64,000 bases of DNA from Rubripirellula sp. (GCA_965216875.1 OZ244207.1:6656001-6720000), one strand, 5' to 3'; counted from the stretch's first letter, positions 27,646 to 37,708 are shown. Numbers and translations are program-made. The notes: generated by a model from the letters alone, not told the origin.

Positions 27646-30105
27646 CGTCTTTGGTGTGGGGTATTGCTGCTGATGGGAATGCCCAATTCGGCCTTCGCCG
27701 AAGCGCTTTCGACGTCGACGTTTTTGAAAAAACACTGCATCCGATGTCACGGCGGCAATGAACAAAAAGCTGATCGTCGGTTTGACACACTGCCGCCACA
27801 GATTCATGAGCTTGACGATCTTGAACGCTACCAGGAAATCGTCGACCAGCTGAACCTCGGAAGTATGCCACCGGAAGGCGAGCCGCAGCCAACGCAGAAG
27901 GAACGTGCAAAGGCAATCGCACAGCTGACTGGAGCAATTGCATCGGCTCACGGGCGAATCAAGACTTCGAATCGGCATAGTGTTTTGCGACGGCTCAACG
28001 CATGGGAATACCGACAAACCATTGGCGATCTGCTGTCGGTCAACGTCGATATTTGGAATCCCGCCGAGGATTTTCCTGAAGAGGCGTTCATCAATGGATT
28101 GGACAACAACGGAGAGGCTTTGGTTACATCCGGAAGGTTGATGGATCACTACTTGGACGCTGCCGAAGAGGCGATTCGTCGTGCAACACAATTCGGTGAC
28201 CAACCGCCCTCTCGAAGTCACGCCCAGTCGTCGCCTTTCTACTTCGCAGGCAAGAGCGCCGAAGGCTTGCCCAAGCTTTTTCACACGGGACGCTTTCGTT
28301 GGGTGCCAACGACGCCGTATACCGACCTTTACGGCCGCCACTATCGGGGCGGCCACCTCGGATTCTTGCCATTGCTACGTCAGGGTGGAGTTGCCCATCG
28401 TGGCGTCTATACCATCCGCGTGCGCGCTGCAGCGGTCGGCCGGGAGCATGACTATGGCAAAGCTCTCGGTGACTTTCGAAACGGCGATCCTCTGGTCATG
28501 GAAATCGCCGCAGTTGATCGACGAGGCAGCGTCGAGAGTACTGGAAACGTTTCGAAGATGACGTCGCTCGCACGCGTCGAACTTACCAATGCCGAGCCGC
28601 AATGGTTTCAATGGAATGTCTATATGGAAGCGGGCTACGAGCCCGAAGTTCGGTTCAGAAATGGACCGCTGGCGGCAAAACGATTGGTCCGATTGCTTAG
28701 GACTCAAGCAGCTGACAAACCTGAGTTCCAGCCTTTTGTCGACATGGATGATGACAAGCTTGGGAGGTCACACGGAATACTGAAAGCTTACCGTGGACCT
28801 CGGCTGAGGGTTTGGGAGATACAAATCGAAGGTCCACACGTTGATACTTGGCCGACCGCCGGGCATCGCGCACTGTATGGCGACCTGACGCCCGACCAGT
28901 TCAACGCCGCGACGATTGCCGAGCGTCTCGAAGCGTTTGCCGAGAAGGCTTTTCGACGCCCGCCCGTCCCTGGAGAATTGGAACCAATCCAACGCTTCGT
29001 AGCGAGCAAACTCGAGGAAGGCGTGGATCCCTTGCATGCCCTTCAACTTGGTTGCCAGGCAGTGCTCTGTTCTCCCGGGTTCCTCTATCTGAATCTCGGC
29101 GAAGGCGAACTGGACGAGGTCGCACTGGCTTCGCGGTTGTCCTATTTCCTTTGGTCATCGCCTCCCGATCAGACGCTGCTTGATTTGGCAACTGCTAAGG
29201 AGCTGCGGCCCAATCTGTCAGAACAAGTCAAACGCATGTTGGCGGATCCAAGGTCGGATCGTTTCGTAACGCATTTCGTGCGGCGTTGGTTGGACTTGGA
29301 CAACATTGGCGTGATGCCGCCGTCTGAAGATTTCCTCGAGTACTATCGCGACAACCTTGGTGCATGGATGCGCGAAGAAACGGAAACGTTCTTCCGTCAC
29401 GTGCTTGACGGCAATCTCCCGTTGCGAGAGTTCTTGGATGCTGACTATTCGTTCCTGAATCGCGAACTCGCTTTGCACTACGGAATCGAAGGTGTCCAGG
29501 GGAGTCGTCTACAACGTGTTTCATTGAGCGAGAAGCGGCGCGGAGGTTTGCTCGGTCAGGGAGCGTTCCTTACTGCCTCGGCCAACGGGGTCGATACTTC
29601 GCCTGTCGTTCGCGGCATTTACGTTCTGGAAAAACTACTCGGTTACACGCCGCCACCACCTCCTCCAGACGTTCCAGCGATCGAGCCGGACATACGTGGC
29701 GCCGCCTCCATTCGCGAGCAACTCGAAAAACACCGCGCGGTCGCAACGTGCGCCGAGTGCCATCGAAAGATTGATCCGCTCGGTTTCGCCTTGGAGAATT
29801 TTGACGCAATCGGGGGTTGGAGAGACGAGTACGGCAAGCACTCCCCGATTGATTCGTCTGGCAAGCTACCAAGTGGAGAAACGTTCGAAGCCCTGCCCCA
29901 GTTTCGAAGGCTGATGAGCACTCGGACGGATCCGTTCAACCGGTGCTTGACGGAAAAGTTGATGACGTACGCCCTGGGGCGTGAACTTGAAATCGGGGAC
30001 CGCCCGAGCGTCGATAAGATTCTGGCGGAACTCGATGCGAAACGGGGTGGGCTGCGTGACCTCATTGCTCTGGTTGTCTTGAGTGAGCCTTTTCAAAACA
30101 ACTGA
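27421..30105 (+). CDS. DUF1592-type cytochrome c domain protein (5' end interrupted by insertion; ancestral start probably 27405/27411)
   Basis: CIRCH and CAECH; RRLNAWEY, LSYFLWSSPPD, TSPVVRG and GFALENFD. Confidence 0.88.
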   Translation: MLRIGVMVPRGKVLAQIDARSNNHPPACGRVGRKVRGGNEPYKPSPGFRARLSQGRALTCAISKSGGSAIAICSTRLWCGVLLLMGMPNSAFAEALSTSTFLKKHCIRCHGGNEQKADRRFDTLPPQIHELDDLERYQEIVDQLNLGSMPPEGEPQPTQKERAKAIAQLTGAIASAHGRIKTSNRHSVLRRLNAWEYRQTIGDLLSVNVDIWNPAEDFPEEAFINGLDNNGEALVTSGRLMDHYLDAAEEAIRRATQFGDQPPSRSHAQSSPFYFAGKSAEGLPKLFHTGRFRWVPTTPYTDLYGRHYRGGHLGFLPLLRQGGVAHRGVYTIRVRAAAVGREHDYGKALGDFRNGDPLVMEIAAVDRRGSVESTGNVSKMTSLARVELTNAEPQWFQWNVYMEAGYEPEVRFRNGPLAAKRLVRLLRTQAADKPEFQPFVDMDDDKLGRSHGILKAYRGPRLRVWEIQIEGPHVDTWPTAGHRALYGDLTPDQFNAATIAERLEAFAEKAFRRPPVPGELEPIQRFVASKLEEGVDPLHALQLGCQAVLCSPGFLYLNLGEGELDEVALASRLSYFLWSSPPDQTLLDLATAKELRPNLSEQVKRMLADPRSDRFVTHFVRRWLDLDNIGVMPPSEDFLEYYRDNLGAWMREETETFFRHVLDGNLPLREFLDADYSFLNRELALHYGIEGVQGSRLQRVSLSEKRRGGLLGQGAFLTASANGVDTSPVVRGIYVLEKLLGYTPPPPPPDVPAIEPDIRGAASIREQLEKHRAVATCAECHRKIDPLGFALENFDAIGGWRDEYGKHSPIDSSGKLPSGETFEALPQFRRLMSTRTDPFNRCLTEKLMTYALGRELEIGDRPSVDKILAELDAKRGGLRDLIALVVLSEPFQNN

Positions 30106-30160
30106 GCATGCCACGGACCACCAAGCAACCATCGGGTTTGGCAGATAGTGAAGTGCGACG

Positions 30161-31711
30161 ATGCATGTCATTCAATCGATCAAGTTGAAACGTGGTCTCG
30201 CCGCCCTCGGTCTGTTCGTCATCATGGTGCTGGCTGGCAACGGTGCCAAAGCATCCGACAAGCGTCCCAACGTGCTGTTTCTTGCCGTTGATGACATGCG
30301 CGATTGGGTGAACTGTCTCGGAGGCTATGAGGGAACGGTTCACACGCCAAATATCGACCGACTAGCGCGGCGTGGTGTGTTGTTCACCAACGCGCATTGT
30401 GCTTCGACGGTTTGCTGTCCGAGTCGAACGGCGATCATGCTCGGGAAGATGCCATCGACAACGGGGGTCTACAACAATGGCCAGTGGTGGCGTCCTCATT
30501 TGCCCGAGGTGATGACGTTGCCTGATCACTTTGGGCAGTGCGGTTACCGTGTCGCCGGAGCCGGAAAGCTCTTTCACCACACTGCTGGCAACAACCCGCC
30601 GTATCAATGGGACTCGTTCAGTTGTCTCTTGTTTCGTGACGACCCTTGGTATCGCGGCAACAAACTGAACTATCCCTGGTCGCAAACGGGGCCCGCACCG
30701 AAAGGTTTTCCGTTTTGCGGTTTCCCTGGTCTTCCACATGAGAGCGACTGGGGTGTGTTGCCAAACAAGGTCGAAGCGACCTACGACGATGCGGTTACGG
30801 TTGACTATGCGTGTCAGTTTCTCAAGCAGCCTCAAAGAAAACCATTCTTCTTGGCGTGTGGATTGTTTAGGCCGCATTTGCCTTGGTATGCGCCTGCAGA
30901 ATATTTTGACCTCTACCCACTTGAGGAGATTCAGCTTCCACTCATTCACGCAAGTGATCTTGATGACATCCCGGACGAAGGTCGAAAGCTCTCCAAGGCC
31001 CGACGAAAGGACTTCGACACAATCAAATCAAACGGAAAATGGAAGCAGGCCGTGCAGGCTTACCTGGCGAGTATCTCATTTGCCGACGCACAACTTGGCC
31101 GTGTCCTGGATGCTTTGGACCAGAGTTCGTATGCGAATGATACGATCGTCATGTTGTGGTCTGATCATGGTTGGCATTTGGGCGAAAAGGACCATTGGCA
31201 CAAGTCGACGCTTTGGGAAGAAGCGACGCGGGTACCGCTGGTGGTTTACGCGCCGGGCTACCAGGGCAATGGGCGTCGATGTGCACAGCCCGTAAGTCTA
31301 GTCGATCTCTATCCGACGCTCGTTGAACTCTGCCGATTGACACCCAATGATGGGCTGGACGGACAAAGCCTTGTGCCGCAGCTTCGTAATCCAGAGGCAA
31401 AACGTAAGCGACCGGCAGTGATTCAATACAAACGTGGACAATGTGCTGTGCGGACCGAACGCTATCGGTACATTCGCTATGATGATGGATCGGAAGAGTT
31501 TTACGATCATTCAATCGACCCCAACGAGTGGAACAATCTGGCTGATAGCACTGAGGTCGATTCTGTGAAGGCCAAACAAGACATTGCAGAGTGGGTCGCC
31601 GAGGATTGGGCACCGCCGGCACCATCGAAGAATGCATACCGATTTGATCCTGACATATATACTTGGACGCGCAAGGCGACAGGTGAAACGGTAGAAGGCA
31701 ACGGAGACTGA
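30161..31711 (+). CDS. Sulfatase (iduronate-2-sulfatase/choline-sulfatase-like)
   Basis: Signal peptide; PNVLFLAVDD, CCPSRTA, GKLFH, RPHLPW and SDHGWHLGEK. Confidence 0.92.
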   Translation: MHVIQSIKLKRGLAALGLFVIMVLAGNGAKASDKRPNVLFLAVDDMRDWVNCLGGYEGTVHTPNIDRLARRGVLFTNAHCASTVCCPSRTAIMLGKMPSTTGVYNNGQWWRPHLPEVMTLPDHFGQCGYRVAGAGKLFHHTAGNNPPYQWDSFSCLLFRDDPWYRGNKLNYPWSQTGPAPKGFPFCGFPGLPHESDWGVLPNKVEATYDDAVTVDYACQFLKQPQRKPFFLACGLFRPHLPWYAPAEYFDLYPLEEIQLPLIHASDLDDIPDEGRKLSKARRKDFDTIKSNGKWKQAVQAYLASISFADAQLGRVLDALDQSSYANDTIVMLWSDHGWHLGEKDHWHKSTLWEEATRVPLVVYAPGYQGNGRRCAQPVSLVDLYPTLVELCRLTPNDGLDGQSLVPQLRNPEAKRKRPAVIQYKRGQCAVRTERYRYIRYDDGSEEFYDHSIDPNEWNNLADSTEVDSVKAKQDIAEWVAEDWAPPAPSKNAYRFDPDIYTWTRKATGETVEGNGD

Positions 31712-33171
31712 TGATCGTGCGATTGATCCAATGGGCGTTGTATGCATGTTGCCTACAAGCGAGTCTGTTTGCGGCGGCGCAACCGAACATCTTGCTTATC
31801 GTTTCCGAAGACAATGGGCCAGAGCTTGGTTGTTACGGCGATCCCTTTGTTCGCACGCCCGCGCTTGATCGACTTGCATCCGAAGGCACGTTGTTTCAAA
31901 ACGCCTACGTGCCACAGGCCGGTTGCAGTCAATCGCGCGCAGCCTTTCTCACAGGACTTTACCCGCACCAAAACGGCCAGATCGGATTGGCCACTTGGAA
32001 GTTTCGGATGTATCGCGAGGATACTGCCAACATCGTTCGCAGTTTGAAGCAGCGAGGATACCGAACAGGCCTGCTTGGCAAGTTGCATATCCTTCCGGAA
32101 GCCGCATTTCCGTTCGACATGCGCGGTCCACTCGGATCAAACTTCAAAAGAGCGGAACTCGAGTCCTATGCCGAGCAAGCGGAAGCGTTTTTTGCCGCAG
32201 GTGATGCGCCCTTTTTTCTGAGCGTGAACTACCCCGACGCACATCGCCCCTTCATCAAGCAGGTGGGCGGACTGCCAGAGAACCCGTTGACCGCGAACGA
32301 TGTCAGGTCGCTCCCCATGTTCGGCCTCGATACGCCCGAACTGCGCGAGGAAACAGCAAACTACTACAACTGCATGAGTCGTCTCGACACGCTTGTGCAG
32401 CAGCTGCTCGATGCGTTGCAGCGCTCGGGAAAAGCGGGTGAGACACTCGTCATTTACATTGGCGACCACGGCGCCGATTTGCTTCGAGGAAAACGCACCT
32501 CTTACGAAGGCGGTGTTCGTATCCCGATGATCATTCGTTGGCCGAGTGCTGGAGTAACCGGGCAGGTTCGCCGAGAACTTGTATCCACGCTCGACCTCAT
32601 GCCGACGCTGCTTGCGATCAGCGGTGCTGAGCCCGTTCGCGATCTCCCTGGGCGTTCACTTGTCCCCCTGTTACGAGGCGAAGAAGTCCAATGGAGAGAG
32701 TATCTGTTTACGGAGTTTCACCTTCACTCTGCACACAATTACTTTCCGCAACGAACCGTTCGCAACGCACGTTATAAGTTGATCGAAAACTTGATACCCG
32801 ATGCGGTTAATCCAGGCTATGACTTTACGATGAAGCGGTTTTTCAAATCATTGCCCTCGGCAATCGAGGCGGCGCCCAAGGAGATTCAGGCAGCTTATCA
32901 CCGCATGAGACAGCCACCAAAGTACGAACTCTACGATCTGCAGGCCGATCCCTACGAATTCAAGAATCTGGCGAGCGAAGATCGTTATGCGAAGGTTTTG
33001 GCCGAGTTGGCGGGACAACTTGACCGGTGGCGAGTCGCAACGAACGATCCGATGCTGCATGTCGAAAACATCAACCGACTCAAGGCCGAGATTGATGCCT
33101 GTATGGTTGATGGCGATCCCAAGAAGTCGCGGCTTGAGTTAACGTATCCCGACTACTTCTTTAGTCGTTGA
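31711..33171 (+). CDS. Sulfatase (N-sulfoglucosamine sulfohydrolase-like)
   Basis: PNILLIVSED, CSQSRAAFLTG, GKLH, DAHRPF and GDHG; start overlaps the previous stop (TGATG). Confidence 0.9.
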   Translation: MIVRLIQWALYACCLQASLFAAAQPNILLIVSEDNGPELGCYGDPFVRTPALDRLASEGTLFQNAYVPQAGCSQSRAAFLTGLYPHQNGQIGLATWKFRMYREDTANIVRSLKQRGYRTGLLGKLHILPEAAFPFDMRGPLGSNFKRAELESYAEQAEAFFAAGDAPFFLSVNYPDAHRPFIKQVGGLPENPLTANDVRSLPMFGLDTPELREETANYYNCMSRLDTLVQQLLDALQRSGKAGETLVIYIGDHGADLLRGKRTSYEGGVRIPMIIRWPSAGVTGQVRRELVSTLDLMPTLLAISGAEPVRDLPGRSLVPLLRGEEVQWREYLFTEFHLHSAHNYFPQRTVRNARYKLIENLIPDAVNPGYDFTMKRFFKSLPSAIEAAPKEIQAAYHRMRQPPKYELYDLQADPYEFKNLASEDRYAKVLAELAGQLDRWRVATNDPMLHVENINRLKAEIDACMVDGDPKKSRLELTYPDYFFSR

Positions 33172-33176
33172 ACCAC

Positions 33177-33992
33177 TTACCGATCGAGTCTCAACGCTGC
33201 GGCTCCCTTTGGCAGGGCGCGCTGCCAGCCACCATAGACCGGGTTGGGCAACATGAACCAACGCGAGCCAAGCATCCTTCGCTTTGCTTTGGCGATTTCG
33301 TTTCGCTGATCCGAATCGGACGTCTCCATTTCGCTGCAAAGATCACTCATGCTGTCACCGAACATTAGGACGATGCGATGGTTTTTTGCAACCATCGCGC
33401 GGCGAGAAACCTTGTCGCCCGCGCGTCCCCGTTCCGCGTTTTTCGTCAACACGTTCTCCGCATTCGCTGTGAACCCAAGCTCGTTTAAGTTCTTGATTGT
33501 CGCCTCTTTCACCTCGTCGCGGCGGTTGGTCACAAAGTAAACGCTGACACCAAGGCCGCGGGCTGCTTTGACAAATTCAAGAGCTCCAGGGATGGCACCA
33601 GCTTTGCCCTCCTGACACCACGCATTCCAAGACTCCGTCGAATACTCTTTGCCCTCGGCGATGTTGCGTGCGTTGTAGGCGGAATTGTCGAGGACCGTTT
33701 CATCACAATCGAGGATGATCGCGGGTTTCTTGTCTTGGAATCCACCGCGATCAAGTTGCGCTTCGTCGGCCGACCAGTTCGGGTCATGCAAGCCGACCGA
33801 CAGTTGTGTCAGCGCCGCACGATAAGTCTGTTCAGTCAACAGGCGATACTCGGCAGCGTTTTGCATCCATGTCAAAGCGCTGTACCGATAGTCCGCCTCG
33901 ACATCGACTTCTTGGGCAGGCGAAGGGTTCGCCAAGGTTCCAAGCAGTAAAAGGGAGAACGCAACGACTTGAATTCGACAAACAGCGATCAT
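33177..33992 (-). CDS. HAD class C acid phosphatase / 5'-nucleotidase e(P4)-like
   Basis: ILDCDETVLDNS, FVTNR, FGDSMSD and LPNPVYGGW. Confidence 0.9.
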   Translation of the reverse strand: MIAVCRIQVVAFSLLLLGTLANPSPAQEVDVEADYRYSALTWMQNAAEYRLLTEQTYRAALTQLSVGLHDPNWSADEAQLDRGGFQDKKPAIILDCDETVLDNSAYNARNIAEGKEYSTESWNAWCQEGKAGAIPGALEFVKAARGLGVSVYFVTNRRDEVKEATIKNLNELGFTANAENVLTKNAERGRAGDKVSRRAMVAKNHRIVLMFGDSMSDLCSEMETSDSDQRNEIAKAKRRMLGSRWFMLPNPVYGGWQRALPKGAAALRLDR

Positions 33993-34040
33993 GTTGCACC
34001 AAGTTGTTGATGAGATGCCATCGAAGTTACCCCTTTGAAT

Positions 34041-34267
34041 CTGTCGCCCTCAGGGCTTCGCCGTGAGCGAACCTGCATACCGGCGGCTGACGCCGCCGGC
34101 TGTGATTTACCGCCCTCCGGGCTAAGCAGCACATTGGCACTGTAGCCCGGAGGGCGAAATATTCTTGCCGATGGCGTTAGCCACCGGACCTGAGGTCTCA
34201 CTCTAGGTAAGCCCGGAGGACGCTACATCGACTTCATGCTTCGAAGATCTGTCGCCCACTGGGGCTA
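34041..34267. repeat. REP-like palindrome cluster (AGCCCGGAGGGCG family)
   Basis: CGCCCTCAGGGCT, CGCCCTCCGGGCT, AGCCCGGAGGGCG, AGCCCGGAGGACG and GTCGCCCACTGGGGCT in both orientations, plus hairpin CCGGCGGCTGACGCCGCCGG. Confidence 0.7.
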
Positions 34268-34317
34268 GCGCGGGGACCATCTTTCCATTTTCAGCAATCA
34301 ATGGGGCGTTTTCCAAG

Positions 34318-34391
34318 TCGGGCAGACAGGATTTGAACCTGCGACCTACACGTCCCGAACGTGTCGCGCTACCAGGCTGCGCCACTGCCCG
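34318..34391 (-). tRNA. tRNA-Pro (CGG)
   Basis: Reverse complement CGGGCAG TGGCGCAGCCTGGTAGCGCG ACACG-TT-CGG-GA-CGTGT AGGTC GCAGG TTCAAAT CCTGT CTGCCCG A; CCA not encoded. Confidence 0.96.
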
Positions 34392-34635
34392 TTGAAACGA
34401 TCGAATCATCGTCGCTTGCCCGACCAGGCGAGTCAATGCTCTTGAAAGCGACTCGGCGGTTTCTTTGACGCTTCCAATGCGACAAGGTGTACAGTTTATC
34501 GAATCCAAGCACGCCGAGGTTCTAGCGAGGCCGGTGTGATCAGGGAAGATTCACCAACCGTCTTTTCGATTCAACTCAACGCGTGTCCCATCATCTTCCA
34601 CGCCCGTTCTTCCGGGCTCCCTGGTTCAGGAAGGA

Positions 34636-36123
34636 CTAGCCGAGCCTTCGGATGAGGTTCATCTGCCTGTCGGAATGTCCGTAGTACTTCAGGTCGAGCT
34701 CAACGAGGTTGGACTTTTCCAGAATGGGCTTCATGTGCGAGAAGCATTCGAAGCTGTACGCGCCGTGGTAGCGTCCCATGCCGCTGTTGCCGACTCCGCC
34801 GAAAGGAAGATTGGTATTGGTGATTTGCATCACCGCGTCGTTGATGGCGCCGCTTCCGAAGGGAATCTCGCTGAGAAACCGTTTCTTCGTCGCTTCGTTC
34901 GTTGTGAAAAGGTAGGCCGCGAGCGGCTTTTCATAGTCGCGGACGATCTCGAACGCCTCATCCAGCGTTTCGTATTCGATCACGGAAAGAATGGGACCGA
35001 AGACTTCGTCTTGCATGACGGCGTCGTCGAGAGAAACGTTGTGCAGCACGGTCGGCTCAATCACCCGCTCTTCTCGGTTTGTGCCACCGCCGAAATAGAC
35101 CTTCTGAGGATCGATCAGGGCTGCGACGCGATCAAAGTTGCGTTCATTGATGATGCGAACGAAGTTGCCGTTGCTGACCGAGTAATCGTGCTTCTTGATT
35201 TCGTGAACAAGTCGATCGAGGACACGTTGTTTGACGCTCCTGTGAGCAAGGACATAATCGGGCGCCAAGCAAAGCTGGCCCGAATTGACGAACTTCGCCC
35301 AGACGAGTCGTTTGACACCGACGTCAACGGCCGCGTCCTCAGTGATGATGGCAGGATTCTTGCCGCCAAGCTCCAACGTGACGTTGGTTAGGTGTGGCGC
35401 GGCAGCCTTGTTGACGATTCGTCCAACCTGAGAACTGCCAGTGAAGAAGATTTTGTCCCACCGCTGGTCGAGAAGCGCCGTCGTTTCTGGAATCCCTCCT
35501 TCAACCACGTGCAGGTAGCTCGCGTCAAAGTTCTCGTTGATCAACCTTGCCATCAAGCGGCTTGTCTCTTGCGGAAGTTCACTCGGTTTCAGCACGGTGG
35601 CGTTACCGGCCATCATTGATCCGACGACCGGGGTCAGCGACAGGTTGTAGGGAAAGTTCCATGCTCCAATCACCAAGCTGACGCCCAAGGGCTCGGGTAC
35701 GAGATAACTCTTACCGGGCATGTTCAAGAGATTCGTGCGCACCTTTCGCGGCTTTGCCCACTTGTGAAGGTTCTTGATGGCAAGCTCAAGTTCTTCAAAG
35801 AGCGGAAAGAGTTCCGTCAACTGAGTGTGGTGTTTGGATTTACCAAAGTCGTTATCGATCGCCTCGTAAAGTTCCGATTCGTGTCGCTGAAGCAGGTGCT
35901 TGAGTTTCTTCAGTTGCTCGATCCGGTACGCGACTGGCAGCGTAGCATTGCTGCGGTAGTACCGACGTTGGTTTGCGACGAGTTCTTGAATTCTGTTTTC
36001 GGTCATGGCTTGTTGGACCTTGTCGTTCTCAGTTTCGCGCGAATGATCCGACGGATTTTGGTTGGTGATACGAGTAGGGTCATTGCTTGGGCGAGTTGGC
36101 TCGGTGGTCAGTAAAGTGGTCAT
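34636..36123 (-). CDS. Aldehyde dehydrogenase (ALDH3/fatty aldehyde type)
   Basis: IGAWNFP, LKPSE, FFTGS, LELGGKNP, NSGQLCLAPD, EVFGP and PFGGVGNSGMG. Confidence 0.95.
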   Translation of the reverse strand: MTTLLTTEPTRPSNDPTRITNQNPSDHSRETENDKVQQAMTENRIQELVANQRRYYRSNATLPVAYRIEQLKKLKHLLQRHESELYEAIDNDFGKSKHHTQLTELFPLFEELELAIKNLHKWAKPRKVRTNLLNMPGKSYLVPEPLGVSLVIGAWNFPYNLSLTPVVGSMMAGNATVLKPSELPQETSRLMARLINENFDASYLHVVEGGIPETTALLDQRWDKIFFTGSSQVGRIVNKAAAPHLTNVTLELGGKNPAIITEDAAVDVGVKRLVWAKFVNSGQLCLAPDYVLAHRSVKQRVLDRLVHEIKKHDYSVSNGNFVRIINERNFDRVAALIDPQKVYFGGGTNREERVIEPTVLHNVSLDDAVMQDEVFGPILSVIEYETLDEAFEIVRDYEKPLAAYLFTTNEATKKRFLSEIPFGSGAINDAVMQITNTNLPFGGVGNSGMGRYHGAYSFECFSHMKPILEKSNLVELDLKYYGHSDRQMNLIRRLG

Positions 36124-36156
36124 GGCTCAGGCTCCTTCGAACGGTTGATTGGTTTG

Positions 36157-37422
36157 CTAGACGGCGACGTGGATGTGATCGGACGCTTCCCGCATTTCAC
36201 GCGTTTCGTTCATTTGTGGATCGCGGGATTCGACAGTGGTTGGTGAGGTGATACCGGCGAGGATTGCCTTGCAGTGCCTTGAGGTCATCCGTTTTGGCAC
36301 GGCGTAGAACCAACGGGCTTCCTTGAGTGCGTTCTTCGCGATCGCGTCGAAGTCCTCTTCTTGGACTGCGCCTAGGGCACTCGGCAGTCCTAGTTGCTTG
36401 CCCAGCGACTCGACTCGGCTTATGAACCGCTCAGCGAGCACATCGTCCGCACCAGTGTTCCCGCTGACCAACCTCTCGAGTTCGGCCAGCCGAGACGATG
36501 AAACAGGTTTGTTGAACCTCATGACGTGGGGAAGGATGACTGCGTTGGCTAACCCATGAGGTGTGTTGTAGTGAGCACTCAGTTGGTGCGAGATGGCGTG
36601 TACGTAACCGAGGCCTGATTTATTGAAGGCATGCCCGGAGAGGAAAGACGCCAAAGCAACCTCCTCACGTGCTTTGACGTTGTTCCCGTCCGCGTAGGCC
36701 AACGGAAGCTGGTCCAAAAGCAATTTGATCGCCAACTTTGCGTCTCGTTCGGCGTCTGCGAAACGATTGAGTGACGTGTAGGCTTCGATTGCGTGCGTCA
36801 GAGCATCCATGCCCGTCGATGCGGTAATGTGAGGTGGAAGCGATTTCAGCATGTTCGCGTCGAGGGCGGCTGCCGTCGGGACCAGCTTTGCATCGACAAC
36901 GAAGCGCTTCTGGTGGGTGACCGGATCCGAGATCACCGCAGCGCTGGTGACTTCCGAGCCTGTCCCGGAAGTGGTCGGAACCACGTAAAAGGGTAAGGTT
37001 GGTTTCTTTACTTTGAGCAGCCCCAGAATCTGGTGAACGCTCACACCGTTTGAGACACACGCCGCGATGACCTTTGCGGCGTCGATCGCAGAGCCTCCAC
37101 CGACGCAAAAGACACTGTCACATCGATTCTCTTTGGCCTTGCGAATTCCATTCTCGATGACGTCGTAGGTAGGGTTGGGAAGGATGCCGTCAAAAACGGT
37201 CACTTCGCATCCCTCGCTTCTTAAACGCTCAAGCACCTCGTCGAGCTGTCCACGCTGTAAAAGGCTCTTTCCGGTAACAACGAGCGGTCGCGTGTGTCCC
37301 GAAGCGCGGAGCAGTGATGCGAGTTGGTTCGAGGAGTCGACGCCGGTCAGCAGCAGCGGTTTTTCAGCTCGAAAGAGCTTGGTGAACAGCTTCAGCGAAG
37401 TATTGGTGATTCGCTTGATCAT
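36157..37422 (-). CDS. Iron-containing alcohol dehydrogenase
   Basis: VGGGSAIDAAK, PTTSGTGSE, GMDALTHAIE, VHAISH and PHGLANA. Confidence 0.95.
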   Translation of the reverse strand: MIKRITNTSLKLFTKLFRAEKPLLLTGVDSSNQLASLLRASGHTRPLVVTGKSLLQRGQLDEVLERLRSEGCEVTVFDGILPNPTYDVIENGIRKAKENRCDSVFCVGGGSAIDAAKVIAACVSNGVSVHQILGLLKVKKPTLPFYVVPTTSGTGSEVTSAAVISDPVTHQKRFVVDAKLVPTAAALDANMLKSLPPHITASTGMDALTHAIEAYTSLNRFADAERDAKLAIKLLLDQLPLAYADGNNVKAREEVALASFLSGHAFNKSGLGYVHAISHQLSAHYNTPHGLANAVILPHVMRFNKPVSSSRLAELERLVSGNTGADDVLAERFISRVESLGKQLGLPSALGAVQEEDFDAIAKNALKEARWFYAVPKRMTSRHCKAILAGITSPTTVESRDPQMNETREMREASDHIHVAV

Positions 37423-37484
37423 CTTTTCGGGCTCCCTTATTGAGGCTTTTCGAGTGCGTGGCAAAGCTTGTTGTCGATGGCTAA

Positions 37485-37504
37485 ACTACACTGCACAGTG
37501 TAGT
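37485..37504. promoter_or_regulatory. Putative TetR operator 1
   Basis: Perfect inverted repeat ACTACACTG-CA-CAGTGTAGT in the divergent intergenic region. Confidence 0.75.
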
Positions 37505-37655
37505 GTGGTAGCGGGTTTCGGGTCAAGCCAATTCAGGCGCTTTTGCGATGCGAGGCATGAAAGTCACGAAAAGTCTGCTGAAAACGACCAGAATTGGGCC
37601 GTTTTTTTGCCACCAACGCTGTCCGCCAGCGAGATTGCCCGAAAAGAAGTCTCCC

Positions 37656-37679
37656 GATAGACTGCACTGTGTAGTGTGG
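37656..37679. promoter_or_regulatory. Putative TetR operator 2
   Basis: TAGACTGCACTGTGTAGTGTGG matches the operator 1 region at 20/22 nt, ~30 nt upstream of the TetR start. Confidence 0.7.
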
Positions 37680-37708
37680 ACACTTAGTCGAAATGATGGA
37701 GTCGAGAG

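Noticed and set aside
31711..33171. CSQSR instead of CxPxR as a sign of an inactive sulfatase
   Set aside because: The Cys and Arg are retained and the middle position is known to vary, so this is not evidence of inactivity.
34318..34391. tRNA-Pro as the attachment site of an integrated island
   Set aside because: I saw no integrase and no duplicated tRNA 3' end in the window.
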